The notes beneath the pieces were generated by a model. That model was not told where the DNA came from. It was given only the letters and a program-made list of their open reading frames with translations, and did no database searches. A program made the position numbers and the translations under genes. Positions 48,949-59,860 of a stretch of DNA of 64,000 nt are shown piece by piece. The stretch comes from Macrostomum lignano (lineage: Eukaryota), in assembly GCA_002269645.1 (NCBI GenBank), contig NIVC01000061.1:930001-994000 (forward strand). Direction: 5' to 3'. The stretch's first letter is position 1. Each line of letters begins with the position of its first letter.

Positions 48949-51900
48949 GGCAGACAGACAGACAGACAGGCAGGCAGACAGACAGACAGACAGACAGACA
49001 GGCAGACAGACAGACAGACAGACAGACAGGCAGGCAGGCAGACAGACAGACAGACACACGGAAACATAAAAACACAGTAAAGCAGATCAGAGCTAATCCC
49101 ACTGGCTGAGCACTCAGCTGGGATACGAATATCAGCTGTGACAAGCGGCAAGAGCAGTTCATTAGTAAGCCGCATTGCTCCTGGCTCTGACTATTCCGCA
49201 GCGACAGTCCTGCTGGAACACCCGACTTCTGTTGCCGGGTGAGAAGATGGATGGGGCAGGCGGAGATAAATAGCGAGAGCCGTACCTGAGGATCTAAGCA
49301 ATATCTATGATGCTTTTGGCTTGGCGCGGCTTGTACTGGGGAAAATTTCTTAATTAACCAGCCCGACTCCGCTGATAGATGGGGAATGAGGCGCGGCTGT
49401 CGGCCGGCACGCCTCAGACATCATTGGTTGTTAGGGACAGCCCCGGGGGGCGCGGCGGCGGCAGTTGCGGAATGACTGGCGATGGAGTGTCTTGGGCTTG
49501 AGGTATGCAAACCCCGCCGCCTTTGCCGCGGGAGAGATCCCACCCATATTGCCAGCAGCTGGGTTGTTGGGCTGGTTAATATCTATTCTGCTATGCAATT
49601 TCCTTCCCTCTTGAGCCCTGCTTAGTGCCCGCTCTTACGCACTGCCTACTGCGACCGCTATTATTCATGCTCTGCCAACACCTGTGACCTTAGCGTGCCT
49701 GGCCTCACCGATTCCAACACCCTATCTGCTTCTTTTGCGAGCTTTGGGGTTCCGGCGCTTCATGACTTCCTGGTTGTGCCCTCTGAGCTGCCGATGCTTT
49801 TCCCGTGCCCCTATCCATCTCTTTTCCTCTCCTCTTCTCTCTCATCTCTTCTCCTCTCCTCTCCTCATTTCCTCTCATCTCTTCCCCTCTCCTCTTCTCT
49901 TCTCTCTATCTCTTCTCCTCTCCCTTTTCTCTCTTCTCTCTTATCTCTTCTCCTCTCCTCTCCTCTTCTCTCTCATCTCTTCTCCTCTCCTCTCCTTATT
50001 TCCTCTCATCTCTTCCCCTCTCCTCTTCTCTTCTCTCTATCTCTTCTCCTCTCCCTTTTCTCTCTTCTCTCTCATCTCTTTTCCTCTTCTTTTCTCTTTT
50101 CTCATCTTCTCTCCCCATCCCCTCTCATGCCATCTCCTTTACTCTCCTCTCTCCTACTCCTTTCCTCTCCTCTCATCTCAGTTCCCCTCTCCTCTCCTCT
50201 TCTCTCATCTGCTATCGTCTCCTCTTTTCCTCTCCTCTCCTCTTGTCTTCTCTCCCCATCTCATCTCTCATCAGCTCATCTCCTCTCCTGTCATCTTCTC
50301 TCCTCATCTCATATCCTCTTATCTCATCTCTCCTGTCATCTTCTCTCCTTATCTCATCTCCCATCCCATCTCTCTTCTCCTCTCATCTTCTCTCCCTATC
50401 TCATCTCCTCTCATCTCTCCTCGCCTCATCTCTCATCTTCTCTCCACATCTCCTCTCCTCTCATCTTATTTTTCTCTCATCGATCATCTTATCTTTCATT
50501 CTTTACTCTACTCTTCTCTCTTCTCTCATCCCTCGTAAGCAAGAGTTGAAGCAAACACGCACCGCATGGCCGCCCCAATGCAGATTGAACTGGCGCAGAG
50601 CTGCCTGACCTCCAAGCTGAGCAACTGCCTGCTGCGCATCGGAGACCAGCTCATCCAGCACGCCAGGCTTGAGGAAGATGGCCACGCCGCCTCTGCCAGC
50701 GCATCGCCTTCTACTGTTGTGTCCGCTGCTGTGCAGTCTGTGAGCCATTGTTTAGTAACTGGCTTCTGCTTGCCGTGTGTGTCTTTGTAATTGGCTTCTG
50801 CTTGCCGTGTGTGTCTTTGTAACTGGCTTCTGCTTGCCGTGTGTGTCTTTGCAACTGGCTTCTGCTTGCCGTGTGTGTCTTTGTAATTGGCTTCTGCTTG
50901 CCGTGTGTGTCTTTGTAACTGGCTTCTGCTTGCCGTGTGTGTCTTTGTAACTGGCTTCTGCTTGCCGTGTGTGTGTGTGTGTCTGTGTATGTGTCTTTGT
51001 AACTGGCTTCTGCTTGCCGTGTGTGTCTTTGTAACTGGCTTCTGCTTGCCGTGTGTGTCTTTGTAACTGGCTTCTGCTTGCCATGTGTGTGTCTGTGTGT
51101 GTGTCTTTGTAACTGGCTTCTGCTTGCCGTGTGTGTCTTTGTAACTGGCTTCTGCTTGCCGTGTGTGTCTTTGTAACTGGCTTCTGCTTGCCGTGTGTGT
51201 CTTTGTAACTGGCTTCTGCTTGCCGTGTGTGTCTTTGTAACTGGCTTCTGCTTGCCGTGTGTGTCTTTGTAACTGGCTTCTGCTTGCCGTGTGTGTCTTT
51301 GTAACTGGCTTCTGCTTGCCGTGTGTGTCTTTGTAACTGGCTTCTGCTTGCCGTGTGTGTCTTTGTACTTGGCTTCTGCTTGCCGTGTGTGTCTTTGTAA
51401 CTGGCTTCTGCTTGCCATGTGTGTGTGTGTCTTTGTAACTGGCTTCTGCTTGCCGTGTGTGTCTTTGTAACTGGCTTCTGCTTGCCGTGTGTGTCTTTGT
51501 AACTGGCTTCTGCTTGCCGTGTGTGTCTTTGTAACTGGCTTCTGCTTGCCGTGTGTGTCTTTGTAACTGGCTTCTGCTTGCCATGTGTGTGTGTGTCTTT
51601 GTAACTGGCTTCTGCTTGCCGTGTGTGTCTTTGTACTTGGCTTCTGCTTGCCGTGTGTGTCTTTGTAACTGGCTTCTGCTTGCCATGTGTGTGTGTGTCT
51701 TTGTAACTGGCTTCTGCTTGCCGTGTGTGTCTTTGTAACTGGCTTCTGCTTGCCGTGTGTGTGTGTGTGTGTCTTTGTAACTGGCTTCTGCTTGCCGTGT
51801 GTGTGTGTGTGTCTTTGTAACTGGCTTCTGCTTGCCTGGCTTCTGCTTGCCGTGTGTGTGTGTGTCTGTGTGTGTGTCTTTGTAACTGGCTTCTGCTTGC

Positions 51901-53513
51901 CTCAGGTAAAATGTGTAACTTCTTTTGGGTTTTTATCCTTCAAGTGAATCTATGCTTCAGCTGTCTGCATGCTTCGGGTGTCTGTCTGCTTCAGGTGTCT
52001 GTCTGCTTCAGGTGTCTGTCTGCTTCAGGTGTCTGTCTGCTTCAGGTGTCTGTCTGCTTCAGGTGTCTGTCTGCTTCAGGTGTCTGTATGCTTCAGGTGT
52101 CTGTCTGCTTCAGGTGTCTGCTTCAGGTGTCTGCTTCAGTCGTATGCTTCAGGTGTCTGCTTCAGTCGTATGCTTCAGGTGTCTGCTTCAGGTGTCTGCT
52201 TCAGCTGTCTGCTTCAGCTGTCTGCTTCAGGTGTCTGCTTCAGGTGTCTGTCTGCTTCAGGTGTCTGTATGCTTCAGGTGTCTGTCTGCTTCAGGTGTCT
52301 GTCTGCTTCAGGTGTCTGTCTGCTTCAGGTGTCTGTCTGCTTCAGGTGTCTGTCTGCTTCAGGTGTCTGTCTGCTTCAGGTGCCTGCTTCAGGTGTCTGC
52401 TTCAGGTGTCTGCTTCAGGTGTCTGCTTCAGTCGTATGCTTCAGGTGTCTGCTTCAGTCGTATGCTTCAGGTGTCTGCTTCAGGTGTCTGCTTCAGCTGT
52501 CTGCTTCAGGTGTCTGCTTCAGGTGTCTGCTTCAGGTGTCTGTCTGCTTCAGGTGTCTGCTTCAGGTATGCTTTCCCCAAGCGTAGCAGAATCCCCAGAA
52601 AAACATGAGAATCTGCAAAACCCGCACAGTCGCCACCTGCCCCCCCCCCCCAATTTCCCCGCCGCAGGAGCGCTTTCTGCTTCCAGCGCGGCCCCAGCCA
52701 ACCCGCCAGGACGTGGCGTCAGCCCAGCCGCGCCACCCGGGCCAGCAGCCCACACGCCTGGCCGCCAGAATCGTGTCGGTGGAGTCCACAGTGTACCTGG
52801 CCCAGCAGGTCGAGTCCCTGCTAGTCCCCTACCTGGAGTCGCAGCTGCCGCACGAGAAGCGCCCCTTCCTGGCGGCATTCGTGTCGCACACTCTGTCAGC
52901 GGTGCCCGACCTTCGCGCTCCGGCCGCGTGCGCCGTGGCCGCTACGGGCCTCCGCCTGGAGTCGGTGCAGGCTGGCATGGCCCAGCCGCAGGTGAACTGG
53001 GACGTCAGGGAGATCCTGTCCGAGCACAGCGGCTATGTTGACCTGTTGCTATGCGAGCTGGCCAAGTTCGGCGACTGTCTGGACAGAGCGGCGGCCCTGC
53101 TGTCCAACAGCCTGCCAGGCGACTGGGCCAACCGGTTGTGGCACTACGCCCTGCTCATCGCCAGCCAGTGCCTTGTCGAAGGCTTCTCAGCCGCCAGGCG
53201 CTGCTCAAACGAAGGCCGAGCCCTGATGCAGCTGGACTTTCAGCACTATCTGGTCGGCGCCGAGCGGCTGTCGGGCCTCCGCCCGGTGCCGCACAAAGAC
53301 TACGTTGACCAGTTTATCAAGGCGTATTACCTGCCGGAGAGCGAGCTGCACGAGTGGCTGAGGGACAGGCGCGAGTTCACGGCCAGGCAGAAGGCGGGGC
53401 TGCTGGCCTGCCTGGCTCATCTGAGCAAGAAGACCCGGCAGAGGCTGCTGGCCGTGCTGGACCTGCCGACTGGCGGCCTGGGAGCTCTGGCTGCCGCGGC
53501 GGTGGGCGAGTAG
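40559..53513 (+). CDS. VPS50: Syndetin / VPS50 (EARP complex subunit); exons 40559-40591, 42004-42099, 42194-42310, 43372-43577, 44515-44883, 45592-45751, 46673-47386, 47945-48418, [49202-49238 uncertain], 50540-50739, 52668-53513
   Basis: ERELIDSIDQVYFS, LLEEENFAAAIQLCQECQKAA, LLGKSQSAFDQLHMHF, MFLENEEWQPVPV, LKPIAFDV and CSNEGRALMQLDFQ...IKAYYL match the VPS50 family. GT-AG sites and phases were checked for all junctions; the junction between 48418 and 50540 needs an extra phase-shifting piece. Confidence 0.93.
41616..41761. other. 57-bp-arm hairpin/palindromic element in VPS50 intron 1
   Basis: Arms 41616-41672 and 41705-41761 are reverse complements with scattered mismatches; the loop contains the palindrome AGTCACGTGACT (41684-41695). 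Confidence 0.8.
42995..43215. repeat. Degenerate minisatellite of about 20 bp (CCCTTAAGAATACCC core) in VPS50 intron 3
   Basis: About 10 diverged copies. Confidence 0.85.
43595..44380. repeat. 38-bp minisatellite in VPS50 intron 4
   Basis: Unit GTCTTTGTTCCTGTCTGATGAGATTTGGGTCTGTGTGA, about 20 copies. Confidence 0.97.
44900..45372. repeat. 16-bp minisatellite (GAGAGGGTGTAACTCA) in VPS50 intron 5
   Basis: About 27 near-perfect copies. Confidence 0.97.
45840..46575. repeat. GATCCC-rich minisatellite (units of about 22-28 bp) in VPS50 intron 6
   Basis: Core GATCCCCAAATCGGGATCCCAGATTGAA with shorter variants at the right end. Confidence 0.94.
47470..47930. repeat. Degenerate minisatellite of about 23 bp (CCATAGCAACCAGAGCGATTCCC) in VPS50 intron 7
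   Basis: About 20 copies. Confidence 0.93.
48480..49065. repeat. Degenerate (CAGA)n microsatellite in VPS50 intron 8
   Basis: Direct reading. Confidence 0.96.
49815..50530. repeat. CT-rich low-complexity tract ending at a VPS50 acceptor
   Basis: Direct reading. Confidence 0.92.
50750..51900. repeat. 32-bp minisatellite with an embedded variable (GT)n, last VPS50 intron
   Basis: Unit CTTTGTAACTGGCTTCTGCTTGCCGTGTGTGT, about 33 copies. Confidence 0.97.
51955..52565. repeat. 13/17-bp minisatellite (GCTTCAGGTGTCT[GTCT]), last VPS50 intron
   Basis: About 40 copies in two length classes. Confidence 0.96.
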
Positions 53514-53619
53514 CCCGATTGAGTAGCATCTGGCTTGCAGAGCAGAACAGATCCCACATCTCATGTTGCTCAAGTGATTCTGTTTATTGTCTGTTGTAGC
53601 TAAAATTGCCCAAAAGTAT

Positions 53620-53890
53620 AGAAAATCTTCTATTAGAAATCTGGATTAGAAAAATCGCCTACTAGAAATCTAGATTAGACAAATCGCCTATTAGAAATCT
53701 AGATTAGAAAAATAGCCTATTAGAAATCTGGATTAGAAAAATCGCCTATTAGAAATCTAGATTAGACAAATCGCCTATTAGAAATCCAGATTAGAAAAAT
53801 CGCCTATTAGAAATCTGGATTAGAAAAATCGCCTATTAGAAATCCAGATTAGAAAAATCGCCTATTAGAAATCTGGATTAGAAAAATCAC
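53620..53890. repeat. 29-bp minisatellite (TAGAAAAATCGCCTATTAGAAATCTGGAT)
   Basis: About 9 copies, 100 bp after the VPS50 stop. Confidence 0.95.
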
Positions 53891-54227
53891 CCACTAAAAT
53901 AATCCAGACTGCAATATCTCTTGTTCCCTCAGTCGTCGAGTGGCAAAACAGAAAATATTTATTACTGAATATTCCTGTGCAGCAGTTTTTCACTTGCACC
54001 TCTCCGCCTTTGATTCAGGATTTGATTTGTATGAAATAAATTCTCTAGTTGGATTTTTGTTTTTCAGATTACTGCAACTTCCTGTTTGAATGCGTTGCTG
54101 CTTTTTTGCATGACCTGCATGGATTTTTCAAAACTAAATCTGTTCTTCACTCCTGTACATGTCATCTTGATTTGTCTAGTATTTGATTTTTTGTATAGTT
54201 GGCGCGGCTTGTACTGGGGAAAATTTC

Positions 54228-54228
54228 T

Positions 54229-54263
<35 letters not shown>

Positions 54264-54278
54264 GTCTGTCTGTCTTAG

Positions 54279-54323
<45 letters not shown>

Positions 54324-54398
54324 TAGTGTCTGTCTGTCTGTCTTAGTGTCTGTCTTAGTGTCTGTCTGTCTGTCTTAGTGTCTGTCTGTCTGTCTTAG

Positions 54399-54431
<33 letters not shown>

Positions 54432-54442
54432 GTCTGTCTTAG

Positions 54443-54539
<97 letters not shown>

Positions 54540-54677
54540 TAGTGTCTGTCTGTCTGTCTGTCTGTCTGTCTGCCTGTCAGTCTGTCTACCTGTCAGTCCG
54601 TCTGCCTGCCTGCCTGTCTGTCTGCCTGTCAGTCTGTCTGTCTGTGTCCTGTCGGTCTGTCTATCTGTCTGTCTTAG

Positions 54678-54720
<43 letters not shown>

Positions 54721-54823
54721 CTGTCCGTCTGTCTCTCTGTGTATGTCTGTCTGTCTGTCTGTCTGTTTGTCTGCGTGTCTGTCTGCTTGGCTGTCTGTCT
54801 GTCTGTCTGCCTGTCCGTCTTAG

Positions 54824-54864
<41 letters not shown>

Positions 54865-54915
54865 GCCTGCCTGCCTGCCTGCCTGCCTGTCTGTCTGTCT
54901 GTCTGCCTGCCTGCC

Positions 54916-54946
<31 letters not shown>

Positions 54947-54960
54947 GTGTCTGTCTGTTT
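54228..54960. repeat. (CTGT)n microsatellite with CTTAGTGT interruptions
   Basis: Direct reading. Confidence 0.96.
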
Positions 54961-56224
54961 GTCCCTCAGCACGCCCTTTTATCCCCTGACGGTCGTCAAT
55001 CACTAATTAAAAGCCAGTTACCTGTTGCGATTATTATTTTACGGCTGTGTCGATCAAACTTTCCTAATTTGGTGTTCGCTGCCTGTTTGCTTTTATTGTT
55101 TATTTTTATTTATTTTAGTATTTCTATGTAAAAGTGCATTCCCAATGACGCGCATAGCCCCGCTCCCTGGCAGCTGCGGCCGCTTATAAACTGATTGAAA
55201 TAGAGCCTGCCAGCAACCAACCGCCCGCTTGTCTGTTGCTGCTTAGACCATTTAGCGGCCCCATCAGCTGCTCCTGGCTGATCTCGAGTGATTTAAGCTT
55301 AATAGAGTTTTTTTAAACTTTGATTTCTCTGAAAAATTCCGAAACAAAGCAGAGGCCTCTTGATTATCTCGTATCTCCTTGGCAACTAAAATTCGGCTCA
55401 AGTGGAGCGCAGGCAGGAAGGATGTCGGATGAGGTGGATGGAGCCTCGAGTGCCGCTCGAACAACTTGCGGCTCGCGGCCATCTGCCGTCTGTGCAGCCC
55501 AGCATTTTTAGCTATGCCAAGGAGATCCGATTGAACCAGAATCTGGATTGTGGAAACCAACTCTGGCTTGAGCCTGCGTTCATTATTGAGTACATGCTGG
55601 CCTGCCACCACCGTTCACGGGCTTGGTCTGGATTTTTTACTGGGGGCGTCAGCACCAGGGGCGCCAGCATCAGGTACGCCACCCCAGGGACGCCACCCCA
55701 GGAGCGCCAGCACCAGGGGCAAGCCAGATAAGGTCCTGTCACCGTTTATGGTTTTAACCACAGGTGTAAGAAGGAGGTAGTGGATTGCTAGCTTAGCCGG
55801 TTTTGATGTCCTCAAGAATGGGAGCGATCTTACAAATCGAACATAAATTATTTTTTCAATTGAGATACATAGTTTTTTAATCGAAAGTAGGTTAATTACT
55901 ATACTTGATGAAGTGCTTGGTTGCACCAGATGTCTCCTTTGCCGGCCATCTGGTCGGCCGTTGGGCTCTTATTTTTATGCCGTTTATTAAACCCGGCCCT
56001 CTTATGGACTGGAGCCGTTCGGCAGTCACGCAAGCGCGGAGCTTTGCGGACCGGAGGGGATCAATATTGATAGCTGGTTTTAGTGAGGGGGGGGGGGTTG
56101 TGCACCGATGCTTGTACACACATGCCCGAGCTGCCACGCATGTGTCGGAATAGTTTTGTTATAAATAGACTCTCATTTGCATATTTAAAGGGCCATTTTA
56201 GACTAGGGATATAAAAGATAAAAT

Positions 56225-56375
56225 GGGGATCATTCAGACACTGGAATGAGGATCATTTCAGAAACTGGAATGGGGATCATTCAGACTGGGCTGGAATGGG
56301 CATCATTTCAGAAACTGGAATGGGCATCATTCAGACACTGGATTGGGGATCATTTCAGACACTGGAATGGGGATC
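56225..56375. repeat. Short array of about 24-bp units (TGGAATGGGGATCATTTCAGACAC)
   Basis: About 6 copies. Confidence 0.9.
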
Positions 56376-57250
56376 ATTGATCTCATAAGACTGAGGAGAC
56401 GGGTCCAGCAGTTCGCAACTGCACCTGCTGCACCTATTTGAGATAAACAGGATAAATAATTCGCGCCCAGTGAAGCAGAAAAGCCGAACTGCAGCTCAAG
56501 TGTGTTCTCCAGCTCTGCAGACTCCCGGGGATCACACACATGGAATTGGAACCTGCTTTCACTCCATCCTTCATCCCAGTCTCCTTTGGGAATAGAACAA
56601 ATTCGGCGGGAGAAAAATCGCATCGCTAAGTTGATTAGAGCTCCGTGTTTACTCTGAGCTGCTTTCCCTCTGTCAGATCCCGATTCCCTAAACCCCCTTT
56701 GTTTTGCATCCTCTTAGAGATTGTTTTTGTTACTGGGGGTTCGCGATTTCATTAAGATGCTTTAAAACATTTAATGCCTTAATGCCTGGAGTGATGAATA
56801 TGCGCAACTATCCAGTTCCAGCTTGGAGACACCGGTAGTGAATTCGAGCAGGATAATTATTAAATGTTGCTATTAATAATTAATAATTCTCCTTATCTCC
56901 TTGGCAATCCAGAGTTTACTCAGGCGGGGCAGCGGGACAATGGGGGCGCGCGCTCCCATTGGGGATTAGACTGACTGGCGGATGAGGCAGCGGGAAGCTG
57001 GGATTCTGCTACTCCCGTTCTGGGAGAAAAACTGCGCACGGATTAGGATGGGGATTTAGCTTGCTGCGGGATTAGCTTGCTGCTCCCCCTTTAGCGAAGA
57101 AGCCGCACGAAGTGTCTCCCTTTCCCTCTCTCCCAGCTCCGCCAATTGGGGAATTTCTGCTGCTTCTAGTAGCAGAGCAGCAATAAGATCCGCTGATCCG
57201 CGTGCATCGAAGCCCGTGGATTCCTTCGCGAAGGTCCGCAGCGTCTCACC

Positions 57251-59002
57251 ATGCAGAGCGGCAGCGACAGCAGCAGCAACTGCTCAGCCGGCCTTGACGT
57301 CGCTGGCATCCTCCGCAGCCCCGGCAGCATCCTGCTGGCCATCTGCCTGTGCCTCATCAACCTCTCCGTGCTGGCCGGCAACTGCCTGGTCATCGCGGCC
57401 ATTCTCACCTACGAGAAGTTCAAGAAGAAAGGCGTCACGAATGTGCTCATCACGAGCCTGGCCCTCAGCGACCTTCTGCTGGCCACCGCGGTGCTGCCAC
57501 TGTCCATCGCCAACCAGGTGATGCTGAAGAACTGGTTCATGGGCACCGCGCTCTGCCAGTTCTGGCTGGTGGTGGACGTTCTCTGCTGCACGGCCAGCAT
57601 TCTCAATCTGGTGGTCATCGCCTTCGACAGGTTCTTCGCCATCAAGTACCCGATGCGCTACCCGAAGCTCATGACAGCCAAGCACGCCAGGATTCTGGTG
57701 GCAGCCGTGTGGCTTCTGGCCTTCGCCATCAGCTTCCCGCCGCTGCTGCAGTTCATGCCGGCAGGCGGCGGCGGGCAGGAGGGCGGGGCGGCCGCGACGG
57801 CTGACACCAGGCTGGAGCCGGCGGGCAACTGCACGGACAGGAAGTACATGGAGTGCACCATCGCGGGCTCGTCCACCGCCTACATCATCTACTCGGCCAG
57901 CGGCTCCTTCTTCCTGCCGTCGCTAGTGATGCTGTACTTCTACCTGGAGATCTACCGCACTGTCAGGCGCACCATTCGCAACATCCGGCGCGGCGAGATG
58001 GTGCTGAAGTCGGCGAAGACCTCGTCGTCATCGAGAGCGACAAGCGGCGGCGGCGGCGGCGAGGTGTGCAGCCTGCGGGTGCACTACGGCGGCGGCGGCC
58101 AGCGGCCCCGAGCCATGTCGGCCAGCGGCCTGTCTGTGGCCGCCGCTGTCGCCGCCGTGGCAGCCACCGCGGCCGCGTCAACGACAGCATCCCGACGGTC
58201 GGGCTCCATTACAAGGCGGGCGTCGACAGCGTCAGCAACAGGAGCCGCCCGGCAGCAGCAGACCTCGCCACAGGAGACCACCAACTTTCTCTCGCCGAAC
58301 TATGTCCCCGGCGGCAGCGGCAGCGGCGGCGGCAGTGGAGGCGCTTCGACGTCGGGATCTTCAACGACGCACCAGGCCGGAGCAGCAACGGCGGCAGCGG
58401 CGGACGAGCGCCGGCCGTCGCACAGCATCCTGCCGGGCCTGCGGAAGCGCGCCTCGGCCAACCAGCAGCTGAAGAACATCTACAACGAGACCAAGGCCGC
58501 CCGAATGCTGGCGATCATCGGCCTCGCCTTCACGGTCTGCTGGCTGCCGTTCTTCTCAGTCTACCTGGCCGGCGCCTTCTGCACCAACTGCGTGCACGGC
58601 TCGGTGTTCGACGTGTTCTTCTGGATGGGCTACTTCAACAGCGCGCTGAACCCCTGCATCTACGCCCTGCTGTCCAGGGACTTCCGCTGCGCCTTCCGCC
58701 AGCTGCTCTGCCGAGGTCGGCAGCGCCGGAACGGCAGCGCAGCGACTGGAGTCGGCGGCGGCGGTGGCGGCGGCGGCGTCGCCAGTCAGCAGCCCGGCGG
58801 CAGGACGGCAGCGGGCGGCAAGTGCAACTCGAAGACTCCGCCGGGCGCCGGAGGTTCGGGCACCGGCGGCAGCTCCTCGGCCAGCGCTGCGACGGGCGCG
58901 GCGGCATCGGCGGTGCGGATCTTCGTCAGCAGCGAGTCGGACCACGGCTGCGGCGGCCGCCTGCTGGGCGAGCCGTCTCTGAACCTGAAAAGCGACTGCT
59001 GA
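57251..59002 (+). CDS. Class A aminergic GPCR, most like alpha-adrenergic-type octopamine receptors; 583 aa, intronless CDS
   Basis: TM1 GN, TM2 SLALSD, TM3 Asp (VVDVLCCTASIL) with DRF, TM5 YSASGSFFLP, ETKAARML, CWLPFF and NSALNPCIY. Acceptor ctctcccag at 57136 suggests a 5' UTR intron. Ligand assignment is inference. Confidence 0.9.
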   Translation: MQSGSDSSSNCSAGLDVAGILRSPGSILLAICLCLINLSVLAGNCLVIAAILTYEKFKKKGVTNVLITSLALSDLLLATAVLPLSIANQVMLKNWFMGTALCQFWLVVDVLCCTASILNLVVIAFDRFFAIKYPMRYPKLMTAKHARILVAAVWLLAFAISFPPLLQFMPAGGGGQEGGAAATADTRLEPAGNCTDRKYMECTIAGSSTAYIIYSASGSFFLPSLVMLYFYLEIYRTVRRTIRNIRRGEMVLKSAKTSSSSRATSGGGGGEVCSLRVHYGGGGQRPRAMSASGLSVAAAVAAVAATAAASTTASRRSGSITRRASTASATGAARQQQTSPQETTNFLSPNYVPGGSGSGGGSGGASTSGSSTTHQAGAATAAAADERRPSHSILPGLRKRASANQQLKNIYNETKAARMLAIIGLAFTVCWLPFFSVYLAGAFCTNCVHGSVFDVFFWMGYFNSALNPCIYALLSRDFRCAFRQLLCRGRQRRNGSAATGVGGGGGGGGVASQQPGGRTAAGGKCNSKTPPGAGGSGTGGSSSASAATGAAASAVRIFVSSESDHGCGGRLLGEPSLNLKSDC

Positions 59003-59204
59003 TGCGTGACTTCGGATTGATCCCTGACTGATGACGGCCCTGTCAGTGCACTGTGCTAATCCCCATGTCATGTCGTGTACTAATATTTTGTCGGAATGAA
59101 ACTGTTTTGAAAGAGAGTTGCTACTCAATTTATAAGCGAACATTTTTTTTACTTTTGGCTGAATTCAGGTTTGACATTTTTGATTTTTGCGCTCTTCCGT
59201 GATT

Positions 59205-59860
59205 TCCAGTTTGTCAGAATCCCATTTTCCCCACTCTCTCTTCCCTGATCCCCAGTTTGTCAGAATCCCATTTTCCCCACTCTCTCTTCCCTGATCCCGA
59301 GTTTATCAGAATCCCATTTTCCCACTCTCTCTTCACTGATCCCCAGTTTGTCAGAATCCCATTTTCCCCACTCTCTCTTCCCTGATACCAAGTTTGTTAG
59401 AATCCCATTTTTCCCACTCTCGCTCTTCCCTGATCCCTAGTTTGTTAGAATCCCATTTTACCCACTCTCTCTTCCCTGATCCCCAGTTTGTTAGAATCCC
59501 ATTTTCCCCACTCTCTCTTCCCTGATCCCAGTTTGTCAGAATCCGATTTTCCCACTCTCTCTTCCCTGATCCCAGTTTGTTAGAATCCCATTTTCCCCAC
59601 TCTCTCTTCTCTGATCCCAGTTTGTTAGAATCCCATTTTCCCCACTCTCTCTTCCCTGATCCCAGTTTGTCAGAATCCCATTTTCCCACTCTCTCTTCAC
59701 TGATCCCCAGTTTGTCAGAATCCCATTTTCCCACTCTCTCTTCTCTGATCCCAGTTTGTCAGAATCCCATTTTCCCACTCTCTCTTCTCTGATCCCAGTT
59801 TGTTAGAATCCCATTTTCCCCACTCTCTTCTCTGATCCCAAGTTTTTTAGAATCCCCATG
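59205..59860. repeat. 45-46-bp minisatellite downstream of the GPCR
   Basis: Unit CCAGTTTGTCAGAATCCCATTTTCCCCACTCTCTCTTCCCTGATCC, about 14 copies. Confidence 0.96.

Noticed and set aside
55264-56153. Short overlapping ORFs upstream of the GPCR
   Set aside because: No recognisable motif or consistent splice pattern; could be UTR or a decayed element, so left uncalled.
57166-59143. Overlapping ORFs in other frames of the GPCR (also over the VPS50 and NOB1 exons)
   Set aside because: Shadow ORFs of GC-rich coding sequence.
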